Source: Zootoca vivipara (lineage: Eukaryota). Taken from it: a stretch of 64,000 bases of DNA. How positions within the stretch are numbered: position 1 is the stretch's first letter; every line of letters starts with the position of its first letter. Position numbers and translations under genes: made by a program. The stretch lies in NCBI RefSeq assembly GCF_963506605.1, contig NC_083284.1:50530001-50594000 (forward strand), given 5' to 3'. The notes beneath the pieces are model-generated. The model searched no databases, had not been told where the DNA came from, and saw nothing but the letters and a program-made list of their open reading frames with translations. This document shows, piece by piece, positions 25,981 through 38,727 of the stretch.

Positions 25981-27646
25981 CTGGCGTTTGAAATGAGGTG
26001 GCTTTTTTTAACCCCTCAAGGGGTGAGGGGAGAGCTGGCGAAGGCACAGGCTTAACTTTGCAAGATCGCTCTGCCTGCCAGATGCTGTTGCAAGTAGCTG
26101 TTCTCTTGAGAGCGAGCCTATTGTCCTTAAGAAGCACTTTAAATTTCATTCCTGTGCGAGGATGGGGTTCCGTCTCCCTAGATTGAAATTCACAGCAATT
26201 CCTTTCGAGCTTTAGGAGTACCACGTTTCGCCATCCTTGCCTTTTGATGTAGCTCAGATTTTACGCAGGACTCCTCCAGGCTTTTGGACTTGATTAGTGC
26301 AAATCTACCGTGGCATTCTTAAAGGGCAGGGTATAAAATATTTCTAATTATGGAATCACCCGCTTGTGAGAATGGCAGACCTCATGTATGACATTGGTTA
26401 GCAGACTGGCTTTTCTTTAAAAACAAAGTCCATAACGACAGAGCTAACTTTATAACTGCAAATGTAGTGTAGTTTAAAACAGCATGAAAGCAGGCTGGTT
26501 TGATTTAGAAATAATTGTTAAATGTTTCCTGTAAACTCAGGATTACTCTTTGACATTTATTACGGTATCTGGAAAAAATAAGGCATATCAGAGTTTCTGT
26601 AAACAGTTGCAAATTCCAGTGCTTTTTATTTATAATTCTAGCTCCTTTTCTTTCATATAACTAATACATGATATACACAGAATATATGACTGTATTACAA
26701 AGTCATTCTGTGTTCTTAGAGCTTAATATAATCAAATTCATTGCCTAAAGATGGTGTAGTTGAAGATTTGATCCCTTTCCACTGAAGTGGAAATACTTTC
26801 AGTAATTGAAAGCAGATTCATGTCTGGGGTTCTACAAGCCAAGGTTTTCATTTTCAAAAATAAACCTTTTGTTCTCCAACTTTAAATGTTTGAGTGAAGC
26901 ATCCAGAGACCACTGTTTGCTTATTGTCTAATGTGGTAGTTATGAGCTATTGGAAATACTTTAAGGGAAATGTTTATTAGAATTCCACTTATTTTGGACA
27001 ATTCTTGGGTTTAGCTTCACTATACATATACAACATGTTAAAATACAGAATGTTTTTTTTTTGAATTCTGTTTTTTACATGCACATTCCATATTACATGC
27101 ACATTCTGTTTTTACATAAGCATACAGTGGTGGCAGTTAATATGTTTCTTCAGCCTTTAACTAATATAGCTAATACTTCAAGCTGATTTCATAATTGAGA
27201 TGCGGACTGGATCTTGAGGAACTTTGAAGGGATAGTGGTCTACCTCACCAAACAAACCTGGACAGCTGCTCTTTGTTAACTTGGTTTCTGTTTTCTGGCT
27301 ATCATCTTCAAAAAAATTCTTTCAAGAATGCTTTTAGTCAATTCAGGAATAGTTTGGTGGGAAATAGACGCTGCGGACCTTCAGGCAAAGAGGGATCTGC
27401 TACTGACCTGGTCAGAAATTTGGAAAGTAGAAGACAAGGGAAATAAATAGTAGGACTTGCCTTACCCTTGTAGGCCCTTTAAATAGCAAAATAAATTGAC
27501 TGAAGTTATGTGAGAAAAGTTCCCAAGCATTGGAACATCCAGCCCTGCATACATATCTGTATATATCTTGTACAGCATACACAGCATATCATTTGTATTG
27601 ATTGCCTGATGGAATGAGTCAGTGTTACCTTTTGATCTTTTTACAG

Positions 27647-27658
27647 ACTGCCATTAAG
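27647..27658 (+). other. Candidate 12-nt microexon ACTGCCATTAAG
   Basis: Acceptor CCTTTTGATCTTTTTACAG directly followed 12 nt later by a consensus donor AAG|GTGAGT. Confidence 0.4.
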
Positions 27659-30600
27659 GTGAGTCAGTAAATTTGCATATTTGTATTAATGATAATGTAA
27701 TTGCTCTTAAAAACCATGGGGTGGCCTGTCTTGTTCAATTTTTGTAGATTTTTGAAATTACTTTGCAAAACTATTGAACACTATAAGAAAAAAATATTCC
27801 TTCCATGTTTTTGATGTTTATAATATATTAAGTAAGGCTATTATACTTTTTAAAAAAGAAATTACTTTGCTCGTTCAGAAAGATGATTGGGCTGATTGTT
27901 ACATAGTGCAGTTTCCTTTTTCAGATAATTTCATAAATTAGCAATTCACATTACAAATCTCTACAGTTTTGAGGGGGGAAGCCTATGTAGATATTTTACT
28001 TAATTAGCTGTTTGTTATTATTAACACTAAAAGTTTTTGTTTCTTTTCTTCCCCAGTTCAGATTTGGACACAGAAATTTAAAGTAATTTCAGTTTAAAGT
28101 GGAAAGAATTTCTCTTTTGAAGTGATAGTAGCTGTCTAAATACAGTGATCCTGATAATTAATGGTGTATGACAGATTACATGCTTTATGCCAGGTATTCA
28201 GTTCTTTAGAAGATTCACAAGAGAAGGGTTGCTAAGCACCCATCACTACTGCAAGTAATGTAAAATGACCCAAATTAAAGAACCTATTCAGAGCTGTATT
28301 TTTGCATTTGCTGAAGTGCATTTCAAAAGATTTAACAAGACTTATACAATTAGCTGAAAAAAGACCCCTTTTCAGCTATGATCAGCAATTAAAGGATCAG
28401 AATACAGAACTTCACATTTTGTTTATAACTTTTACTTTTCCTTTTCAGCCCATTCTTTGAACTAAACAATGGTGACTAGCAAATTTAACCAACCTTTCTA
28501 GAAATAAATGCTGATGCCATGTATATACAGAATATGATAGCCTGAATTCGTTTCCTCTGAATGGGAACTTGGGAACTTTGGAACTTTGTTTTCCCTTTCA
28601 CTGTAGAACAGTTTTTTTATGAGCACAACCCACTGTAAAGTCTTTCTGGGACCTGTTTGAGCCCCATTGAAATGAATAAGGAGTGACTGGAGATTTGCAT
28701 CTTGTTTTTGCAGCAACATACAAGCTCATTATTCTTTTATTAAGGGGTCCATTTAAATATTGCTCTGCAGAGAAATATGTACAAATTGCAAATGAATTGC
28801 ACAGCAGCTTTAGTTTAAAGGCCTGTTGATGGGAAATTTTGATTATATTTGTTTCCCAACCTTTTTTAGGCCTGCGTCCTAATGACCCTCCTTTTTCTGA
28901 AAATAGGAAACTGCATTGAACTAATTCAGTAGTTGGATTATAAATATTCACAATATTTCAAGCAAATTTAATTAACCTTTCAAATTTTCATTACTTACTA
29001 AGTACATGAAGTAACAGTGCATATTTACTTTTTTGGGAGAAAGGTCTGTGCATCAAAATGGCCAGATGCATTCTGTTTAGTGCAATATGGCAGAACAGGC
29101 ATAAGTTCACAGTGAGCAGTACAGTATTAACTCCTGTGCTTCTTTCATTTAAGGTATTTGCAGAAGCTGCTCTCCATTTTGAACTGTGTAACTTGAAAGC
29201 TTGCATATGCCACTACCTGCAAAAGTGTTGCCAATGAAGGGTATTGGACTGGATTGTAATTTTTATTCTCCAGAGTCATTATGCAACAACTACCAACACC
29301 CAAGCTTTTAAGACAATATCCCAAAACAGCTAGGTGGGAAAACAAAAGTGGAACACCATTATAAAGTCATGTGAAATAGGTGGAGCTTCAGATTTGGATC
29401 ATAATCATAGAAAAGTATTTAGGGATTCTTTTTTCCTTTTTTTGCACAGCACAGATTGAGCCTCACCTACTATAGTGGTGTTTATTACTGAGTGAAATAT
29501 ATTTAGAATAAGGGTGATAATAGTTGATTCGTGTGATTTCAGTAGGACAAGATTGGTGTGTCAATAATATATACTCGTTTTAAAAAGTGGTATCTCCACA
29601 GTACTTTGTGAATGGTCAGCAGTTTCACTTTCTAAGTTTTATAACGATAAATGGCATGCCTTTCTACCAATTTTAATTATTTTATTTTAAATGTAAGGGG
29701 TAACTGTAAAAAAGCAAATCATTGTCCGGTGCAATCCTATACATGTCTATGCAGAAGTAAGTTCCACTGAGTTTGGTTAGGCTTACTCTCATAGGTTTGT
29801 ATCGTTAGTCCTGGAGAAACAGGTGTAAGTAATTACAGACAGATCTAGATCTTTTCTCTCTCACACAACCCCCCACAGTTTTTGGTACTACTTTTTTCTT
29901 TAAAGAGCAGTCCCCCGTCCGTCCGTCCCCCATGCTACGCACAATGCTTTTTAAACACTTTCTGAAGTTCAAAAAAATTTGGGAAGGAGGCAATCATTTG
30001 TGAAAGGAAGGCAGGTTGGCTAGATATTAGAAGAAACCCACAGGTTTATTAATCGATTCTAACTTAAATGTTAGCTCAGTGACCATGTTGGCTATGCTGG
30101 TGCAAAAAGTGAAAAAGGAAGTGACTTTAATTTTTTTATATTGCTGATTTTTTAAAAAAATTTAATATCTCCTTTTTCATTGCATTGATTTCACCTCTTT
30201 ATTTAGTACGGTAGTTCTTGGGTTCTTTTTCTATCAGACTTTGCTGACATTCATCTAATAATTCAAGCTAGTTAAAATTTTATTGAAAATTATTAAGCCG
30301 CAACCCCTGCTGGGTGTATGAAATTAGTCATGTGGCACACTGGTTTGTACTGTAATTTTTTAAGAACCCTGACTATCATAGTTTGTTTTTTGTATGTTGT
30401 ATGCTGCCTTAACTGCATGAGAGGCAGACAGGAAATTTACCAATAAATAGGTAAAAAAGAGGGGGGATAGGTGCAATCTTTCGGTTGTATTTTATGGCTG
30501 TGTTGTTATTTTGTTCTCAAGATGTGAACTGATAAGAAAGGATCATGGTGGATAAAAGTGCCAGGTAAGCTATAGGAGGACCTGCACACTACTGTAGCCA

Positions 30601-32305
30601 GAGTAATATATAGTAGATTTTACATATGTTTGAGGGTTATATCTTAGGTTTATGACTGCATTAGCGCAAGAATCAAGAGTAGTCATTTCTTGTGGATGAC
30701 GTTTGGGGAAAAAAAGATTTACTAAGAAAGTGAGAAGCAAGTGTTACAAAGCCTTTTGCAAATGGGTACATTTTTGTTTTAGACAAAAGAAATAAATGTA
30801 GCTGTCCTGCAAATTTCAGTTTTAAAATGAACTTGTTTATTGAAAGTAGCCATGTCCAGATTGTTTGTGCTAATTTTTGCAGAACACCTCTTTCAGTCAT
30901 AAACTGATTTTAAGAGGAGGGGAATGTTGCCCGGGGAGCTGTAAAATGTAGTCTCCAACACTTTTAATGCTCTTTCTTTTTAACTAAAACAAAATTGCCT
31001 TATGTAACACAGTTAACATAGTTAACCTTTTATAATTATTTAACCATTATTTCATTAATGTTGCCCTCTGCTTAAATGTTGTACATTACTGCAAAAGACA
31101 CCTGACCGTGCTCTTAAAAGTTTATTTGTCTTTCAATTCCTGTGATAGTAGGGGGCAGTACATCTCCTTAATTATCTTTGTTCAGGGAAATGCTGAAAGG
31201 CCAGGGTTGTTAAACATGGCCATTTGGATTTGCGATAAGGTCGAAGTCAGATGCAAGGAAAGTGGTTAAATGCATTATCATATTATTGAGCATATCATCA
31301 GTAAAGTGACCTTGATGGAGATGAAAAAAAAACATTTGGCCTTTTTTTATGACAGTCCCCCCTCTGCTTGGTTTACCACTGCAAGAGAATTCATCATGTA
31401 GTTTTTTCATTATCTTCTCTTTCTGTTTTGAAAGCTGATTTCTTTTTATCATAACTCATCAGTCAGTTTTGCAACATTTAGATGGACATTTTACTGATGA
31501 TGGTAGATTTTAGTACTTAAAGGTTTAGCCTATCGTTTGACAGATATGGAAATACACTTCATTAAATATTAAAGTGACCCGGCTAGCTGACCAGCCTATA
31601 TCTTCTCTTTAGGGTCTTTTAAAGATAATGGTTATTTTCTATGCAAAGGACCAGCTGCTATTCTACTTCCCTATATTTTTTTAAAGCTAATATGAAGAGT
31701 AATTTACCAGCTTCAGTTTTAGCTGGCGATGTAGCTGGTGTATGAAACGGCTTACTTGGACTTGGTTCAAGTCAAAGCAGAACTGAGGCTGTTTACAGTA
31801 AAAAATTGATAAAAGTAAAGGCTGTGCCTCTAGTTAAGCATGCTATATGTAAGTTTTCTTGATCTGAATAAAACTTTAAGTTATACATATTTAACTGGAC
31901 CTCTTCCAAAATTCACAAGTACTGGTAGTTATGGTGGCTTTATGTATTCTTGGGTCAATTCAGTCACTAAATGCATTTAGAAAATTGCTGACTGATTGAG
32001 TGAATTCCCGTGAGGATTTCAACCACTGAACTTTGGATATTATGAAAAGTTATTTGAAGACTATCATTGCAATACGAAAACACGTTTACTTAGAAGTAAC
32101 TGACATGGAGTATGATTCGATCAAGTTAAGAACTTTTTAATCCTATAATTTCTTACGCACATGCATAACTCCCTCCCACTGAAATTCATTATTGATATTA
32201 ATTGCCTTTTAAAGTTCATGTCTTCGAGATCAGTCAAAACCAACTTTTGTGGTTTTAAAGTCCAAAATGTCTGTTGATCAGCAGTTGCCACAATTAAAAT
32301 CACAC

Positions 32306-32415
32306 AAACCTACCTCACGGGGTTGTTATGAGGATAAGATGGGGAGGAGGGGAACTACCGTATGTATATCACCTCAAGCTCCTTGGAGGAAAGATGATAT
32401 ATAAATATAATTAAA
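32306..32415 (+). mobile_element. MIR/CORE-type SINE 3' fragment
   Basis: CCTACCTCACGGGGTTGTTATGAGGATAA CORE-like motif followed by the tail AGCTCCTTGGAGGAAAG...ATATAAAT. Confidence 0.6.
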
Positions 32416-34797
32416 GAAAAAAAATTAGGTAAGACAATTGGGTTTTTTTAAAAAAAAATAAACCCGACAACAACAGTTGTGGTTAATCAGAGAGTTGCAG
32501 TCCGAAGCTTTTCAACATATCACGTTTTTATTTCTGCCATTTGATTATAATTAAGCAAAATGTTTTCCCCATCTATCCAATAATATTGTCTATACTGTAT
32601 AAATTAAAGATTATTTCATAGGTTCCAATGTTCTTGGTGGTTAATTATGAAACTATGTCAAGATGTAACTTAAGGGGTTTTTAATTCTGTGCAATGTAGA
32701 CAAACTCCCACAAGCTAAGCATTTTCTCACTTAGATCTCTCTTATACACATTCTCTGTCTCTTTGTCTGTCTCTGTTTGTCTCTATACTTCCATCATCTT
32801 AAAGTTCTAAAAAAAAAAAACCCAGAAAACTATAATGAGCCTTTTTTTTTTTAGTTCAGAGCATCCTGCCAAAAATATGGCCAGGATCCAAGGAACTGTG
32901 GAAGCACTTCCAGGAACCCAAGGGCCCTTTCTCTCCACCTCCACATACCATGCCACAAGGCAAGCCTCAGTACCACATGATGCTATGTGCGTGCTCAACA
33001 GCAGTCAATAAGTTTTGGTTTGGCTTAATAGCCAGCAGTTACTAGGTTTTCAAATGTCTTCTTCCAAATGACCCCAGGTGAGGTACAAGGAAACACAAGA
33101 GAGGCTGTTTTCAGTGTTCCCACCCATCTGTGAAATGCTGTCTTCAAGTTTCCCTGGGTACATTTTTTTTCCTGTGTCCTTTAATACTTCTAAATTTGGT
33201 CTTATGCCCTGTTTATGGTGAGGGGTGACTAACCTGAGAGGCATGTTCACCTCTGGCCAACCCTCCAAGGACAACATGGCAGTCAAAAGTGGTTCTGGCC
33301 ACCCCACACTCACAAATGCATGCACACAGGTGCACAGCCCCAAAGCTGATCCATGCAGATTAGCTGAGAAGGGGGGGGGGGTATTATCCCCCATTGATCA
33401 ATCAATCTGAGGGCTGAGTTTGAGCAGTTTGCATCTTCATCAGGGTGCTAGACTGCCAAATCACAGGTGAATTGATAGGGTCCTGCAGAGGAAGAATTAT
33501 TTGGGGGGGGGTGCAGATTAGCTTCCTCAGATTTATAATCTGATTTTGTTTTAAATATAGCTATACTATATTTGTTTTAATTTATATTGTGTAAAGCAAT
33601 CCTGGATTATTATTATTTATACAGGATCTCAAATGATTATGTATAGTAGCCCAACTCTGCTACTTACCCCATCCCTAAGCTCTCTAGCACATGCAGAGAA
33701 CTCAGCAAAAAAGGTGGTGCTTTTCTCTTATTATGTATCATAGATAAATTAAAAAAGAAAGTACACTTGGTGAGCTATGGTTGTCGTCCCCCCCCACACA
33801 CACACACATTTGCTGCAGCTTCCTGCATTGTAGGCCTTTCCTAAAGGCCTCCACTTCTCAGGAAATTCCCAGGAGAGACTTGTGGTGGGCAAGGGCACAA
33901 AGAAGGGCCGCTAGCCCCTTACCCCTGTAGCAGGCATAGAACATCATAGCAGTGCGTTCCTGTGAGGGATTGGTCTCAAGTGTAGGGGGGGAAAGCTGTC
34001 AAGCTGTCAAAAGAACTGAAAGTACTGCTTGAAGTAAAGCACATGAAATACTGCTGCAGTGAGACATTAAATAATGGAGTCAGTCAAAGACAAACCCTTT
34101 CTTTGCTTTAAAGAGTTAGTGCTTTCAGAATATTCAATCATTTCAGATATTTCACAATATTTGATTGGTGAATTGGTCAGTGATTAGTTGACTAATCAAA
34201 AGCACAACTTCAACACACATCTTGTTTTCTATTTATTTATTTTGATAGGGGATAGCCTTTCAAAGCACTACAGCAAAAGCACTCCTGAAAGTTACATCCA
34301 TGTGTCTTTCATAGCTAGACACCAGGTTAAAATTCAATAGACTTAGCCTCTTTTATCACTGTATCTGCAGCTCTTGAACTTCTGCTTGTCATGAGACATT
34401 TAAAACACAGAAGCCCTGCCAGCAAATGTGAACCTTATCAGAAAACACACACATCATTATTGTCTAGTTTCATTTAGGTTAGGGTTGGATTTTTGTTTTA
34501 ATACATAGTGGAGAGAGAGAAAGAGAGAAAGCAATGAAACTAAAAGGAGCCTCTAAACCTGGCTACTTTGAGTATTATTGGTTCCTATGTACTTCTACTC
34601 TGTTCCCTATGGAGGGTTTCCCCATAAGGAACTGGCAGTCATGCTAGAGAACCATTAATACTTTAGCTGCTTACTTCATTCCTCAAAATGCAAGGCAAAA
34701 TGTGAGAGGAGAGAGATACCTCAGAAGACTCAGGGGAAGGGTTTTGCTTCAATTTTTGCTGAGCTTTAGAGAAGATGAAAGTGATGTGGATCTTCAC

Positions 34798-35038
34798 NNN
34801 NNNNNNNNNNNNNNNNNNNNNNNNNNNNNNNNNNNNNNNNNNNNNNNNNNNNNNNNNNNNNNNNNNNNNNNNNNNNNNNNNNNNNNNNNNNNNNNNNNNN
34901 NNNNNNNNNNNNNNNNNNNNNNNNNNNNNNNNNNNNNNNNNNNNNNNNNNNNNNNNNNNNNNNNNNNNNNNNNNNNNNNNNNNNNNNNNNNNNNNNNNNN
35001 NNNNNNNNNNNNNNNNNNNNNNNNNNNNNNNNNNNNNN
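34798..35038. other. Assembly gap (N run)
   Basis: 241 N. Confidence 1.
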
Positions 35039-35545
35039 ACACTCAATCCTTTACTCCCCTGATTTCTTTGTGTATTTTGGGACTAAGCTAGATGTGGAGT
35101 TAATGAATGCCATTATCAGACCCATTTTTGTTTGCTATGTAAATAGCAGGTAAGTTAGTCTTGGAATGCTGGGGGTGAGAGGGGAAGTATGACTTTTTTA
35201 TGCCACAGTCCTGAGCTCCTGTTAACATGCAATTAACATGTTTGGCCCTCAGACTTGGATGGAGCAGGATTAGCCTCTTATGCAGAGCATAGAGGTCATG
35301 TTTTCATCAGATTGCCCTACAGGTCTCTCAATCTTTTGGAACACTTTTCAGAGACACCTCTAGAAAGGCTCTATATACCGGGATGTAATTGAGTTAATTG
35401 AGATTTTGTTTTGCTCATGACAACAAATAGAGTTCCTTCCAGGATACAGTCTAATGGGATAGCTCAGATTTGGAGTATTTATGGCTTGAACCAACCACGC
35501 GGACCTGTTTGCTCATTAATTTCCCCAGAGAAATCTCAATTTGGT

Positions 35546-35786
35546 ATGAGTCTTTTGCTCATGCATGCCCCTTCCATTCACTGCAAGTAGAAATTAAAGA
35601 GTGAATAGGCTATGCAGCATTTGTTTGAATGCAATACCTCCCTGCCCACCAACCTGTCCTTGTAAAGAATGGCTTTGTTTTACTGGGCTTTCAGAAAAAT
35701 ATCACGCTCATATAAATGCTGTGCTACCCCATTCACTTATTACTTTCTCCCCGTAATGAAGGGGCATGCATGCTCCAGAGACTCAT
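35546..35786. repeat. Degenerate long inverted repeat (old palindromic MITE)
   Basis: ATGAGTCT...CATGCATGCCCCTTC pairs with GAAGGGGCATGCATG...AGACTCAT; inner arms AGTGAAT...GCAGCATTTG / TAAATGCTGT...ATTCACT. Confidence 0.55.
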
Positions 35787-37032
35787 AAAGGACTGGCATT
35801 TCAACCTATAAAGTAATGAGTGAACAGTGAGCCCAGGTGATCTCACTCCACGGATGAAAACCATTATTCTTTATTACTAATTGATCAGACTGAGTATAAT
35901 AGAGCGTGAATTCTAGGCATACACTATCTGTAGGACAAACAAAGCTCTGGCCTTCAAAGGACTTGTACACACTATAAGGCTTTGTGATTTTAGTGCGGTA
36001 ATCTACAGTTACTTGCTTTAATTGTTTGCATGCTGGTAACTTTTATTGTTTAGTTATGTGCTAGAGTAAACAGCTGTTTTGTAAGATACAAAATGAGATA
36101 AAAATGATGCAGTTCCCCTTACCATATTGATCCAAATTTTGTCATAGACAATCAGTACTTCAGGATTCACTTGAATCCCAATTTATCATAGTTTGGGTGC
36201 GCACACATGTATGTATTACAGGCAATGGCCAATTTATGCATGTCCAATTGATGCGTGGCTGTGCATGCACACATCATGGCAACCCAGAAGTGGCTGGAAA
36301 AGGAGGTGGAACGGGCCGGGCCGGGGGCAGAAGCATAAGTGTAGCAGGGTGGAGTGGGCTTATGCGCGTTTCACTGTCACATGTGATGACCCAGAATGCA
36401 AGCCCCACATAAATCGAGGGTTGCCTATACAGTATTATCCCACCTTTCTTCAGTAGAACACAAGGCAGTGTATGTAATTTCCATGCATCAACACTGCTAA
36501 GGGAGTGTTGTCTGAATTAGGTACTGTACTGCAAATGAACAACAGCTGCATACCTCAAGTGTGAAAAAAGAAGGGTGGAGAATACCCTTGTCTGTAAAGA
36601 CTAATGAAAGTTGGTGTGAGGAAAAGCATGAAAACGAAAGTGAAATTCATTGGGGCAATGGTTTAGAAGAAAACGTTAAAAGCTGAGTCGGGCAACACTT
36701 TCTTATATTATGAAAGGATAAACCCCTATTGTAACTTTAGTGGAATATTGTTAAAATGTCATTGGCAATGAAAGAGTCTCAGAAGGGACCATCTATTTCC
36801 AAAGGCATTGAAAATGGCACCATGTAATATATTTGGCTGCAATAAGGAATGATTGAATGATGATCAGTGTAGCATTCTTTGGGTTGTATCCAGTGTTGTC
36901 TCTTGCACTGATGGATGGTTATTTGATCCAGAAAAGGCTTATGTCAGTGAAATAAGCACTGTTACCGTGTTTCTCACATTTTAAGACATGTCTTATATTT
37001 ATTTTTACTCAAGAAAATAAGCCTATGGCTTA

Positions 37033-37460
37033 TGTGAGGGACAGGGGATATCGCGAAGTCCCTCCCCTCCTGAGTTCAAGCCCATCCCCGAGCACAGGGG
37101 AAAGCAGAGGGAGCTCCGATTCCAGTGAGGAAGCAGGAAGTCGTGTCCGAGGCTCAGGCAAGGTAGCGGAGCCAGGGTCCCAGGTGGGACAGGAAGGGGC
37201 AAATAAGGGGGGGAGACCCATCCCCCCAACTCCGGAATTACAGAGAAAGAGGAGGGGAAAGAGGATGGGTCTGCCAAGGCTTTTGTGTTGGGGAAAGACG
37301 CGCCAAAAGCCATTCGGAGGTTCTGCAACGTAATGACCCCATCGTTCCGTGTAAATAGCAATGACTTCAGCACTGTAAATACGCAGCACCAATAAAAGAA
37401 TAAAATGCAGAGCTGCGTAGCGTCGTTACTCTGAAGTAGCCTGCTCCGGCCACTGTGACA
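37033..37460 (+). repeat. 5' LTR (428 bp)
   Basis: Matches the 3' LTR by eye except T37423 vs C42807; tandem AATAAA at 37391 and 37399. Confidence 0.97.
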
Positions 37461-37462
37461 GC

Positions 37463-37473
37463 AACCTCCGAAT
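37463..37473 (+). promoter_or_regulatory. Self-priming primer-binding site (non-tRNA)
   Basis: AACCTCCGAAT, 2 nt after the LTR, is the exact reverse complement of LTR 37312-37322 ATTCGGAGGTT. There is no TGG tRNA-type PBS. Confidence 0.8.
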
Positions 37474-37504
37474 CTTTTTTTTGGGCTACTTTGGAGTTGC
37501 CGGG

Positions 37505-38727
37505 ATGAGTGTGTCAGAGGCGGAGAAATGGCGGCAGATCGCGGAGAAAGCCCAGCAAGACCTGCAGCAGCTGGCGCAGCAGGCGCAGGGGGAATTAAAG
37601 GCAGCTAAAGAAGAAACCAAGAAGGTCCAGGACGACCGGCTACAACTTGCGGAACAGGTGAGAGCGCTCCAGGAAAGAGAGCAGCAATTAAGGGCGGTGG
37701 CGGTAGACCTCCAAAACAAGCTGGATGCAGAGAAAAACAAGGCGGGAGGGGCACCCCAAGTCCAAGTGCTGCCAGGAAGGAGAGCCGGGACCCTAGTAAG
37801 CAAGTTCAATGGAGACCCGAGGGAATATCATGGCTTTGAGACTGAGATTGTGTATGCTCTTGAGCTGCACCATGATGACTTCCCTGATGATGAGCACAGG
37901 GTAGCGTTTATTGTGGAGCACCTTACCGGGGCAGCCAGGGAGTGGCTAAGACCGTTAATCGCAACAAAGAATCCTTGCATGAAGAATGTCAAACTATTTC
38001 TAGAAGGTTTGAAAACGATGTATTCGTCCGATAGTCATATGGACCAGACTAAGGAGGAACTTCATAATTTACGCCAAGGAAATATGACAGTTCGCGCATA
38101 TTGGGCGAAATTCACCATGCTGGTGCACAGACTGGGGTGGGAACTAGAGTCAGCCCCAATGCAAGCGGCGTTCTACTTGGGTTTGCATGAGGAGGTGAAG
38201 GATGAACTCTCGAGAGGTCCAAAGCCCAGTAGTATGGATCAGCTGAGCAAAGCGGCTCTGGCGGTGGGGGTGAGACAGGAATCCCGATGGAGCGACAAGC
38301 AAGCAACGCGCGCAAAGCGGGCTTGGTTCCCACGGTCGCAGGAGAAGCCACTCCCCCAACAACCCTTTCAAGCCACGCCTGGGGCCAGCCAGGACCAGGA
38401 ACCCATGCAGATTGATAGCGCGCGCGGGCTTTTCAAACCCCAGCGGCGCCAAGACGCAAGGAGGGAAGGGGCGGGAATTGCTTTCTCTGCAACTCCCCCC
38501 AGCATCTCGTCAGAGACTGCCCACATCGCAGGGAGTGGCAAGGAAAGGCGGGAACGGTTGTGCCCTCCCCCACTGACGCAGCACCACAGCAGGGAAACGG
38601 GAAAGCCTGGCTGCAGGAGACAAGGGGCAGCAGCCAGGAACAGTCAGCAGACAACAGCCCCAGCCCGCCCACCCGCACAGAGAGGAGCAGAGCCAGCCCA
38701 CCCCTCCCAGAGCAGGAGTGGTTCTAG
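37505..38727 (+). pseudogene. gag (coiled-coil N-terminus, PEG10/RTL1-like capsid, CCHC knuckle), with one frameshift lesion
   Basis: MSVSEAEKW... coiled coil; KFNGDPREY...LTGAAREW; LRQGNMTVRAYWAKF; EPMQID. The zinc knuckle CFLCNSPQHLVRDC (38479-38520) lies in the -1 frame after a (GC)n tract at 38418-38426, and that frame stops at TAG 38725-38727. Confidence 0.88.
38592..38661 (+). promoter_or_regulatory. -1 programmed ribosomal frameshift signal (G GGA AAC + pseudoknot)
   Basis: Heptamer 38592-38598 correctly phased in the gag knuckle frame; 7-nt spacer; 9-bp stem CCTGGCTGC (38606-38614)/GCAGCCAGG (38630-38638); loop GGGGC complementary to GCCCC (38657-38661). pol is open in the -1 frame from this point. 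Confidence 0.85.

Noticed and set aside
20141-35091. ORFs containing poly-X near 20.2 kb and 34.8 kb
   Set aside because: Artefacts of N gaps.
36150-36432. Possible degenerate Tigger-like MITE
   Set aside because: Termini too decayed to establish TIRs or a TA duplication.
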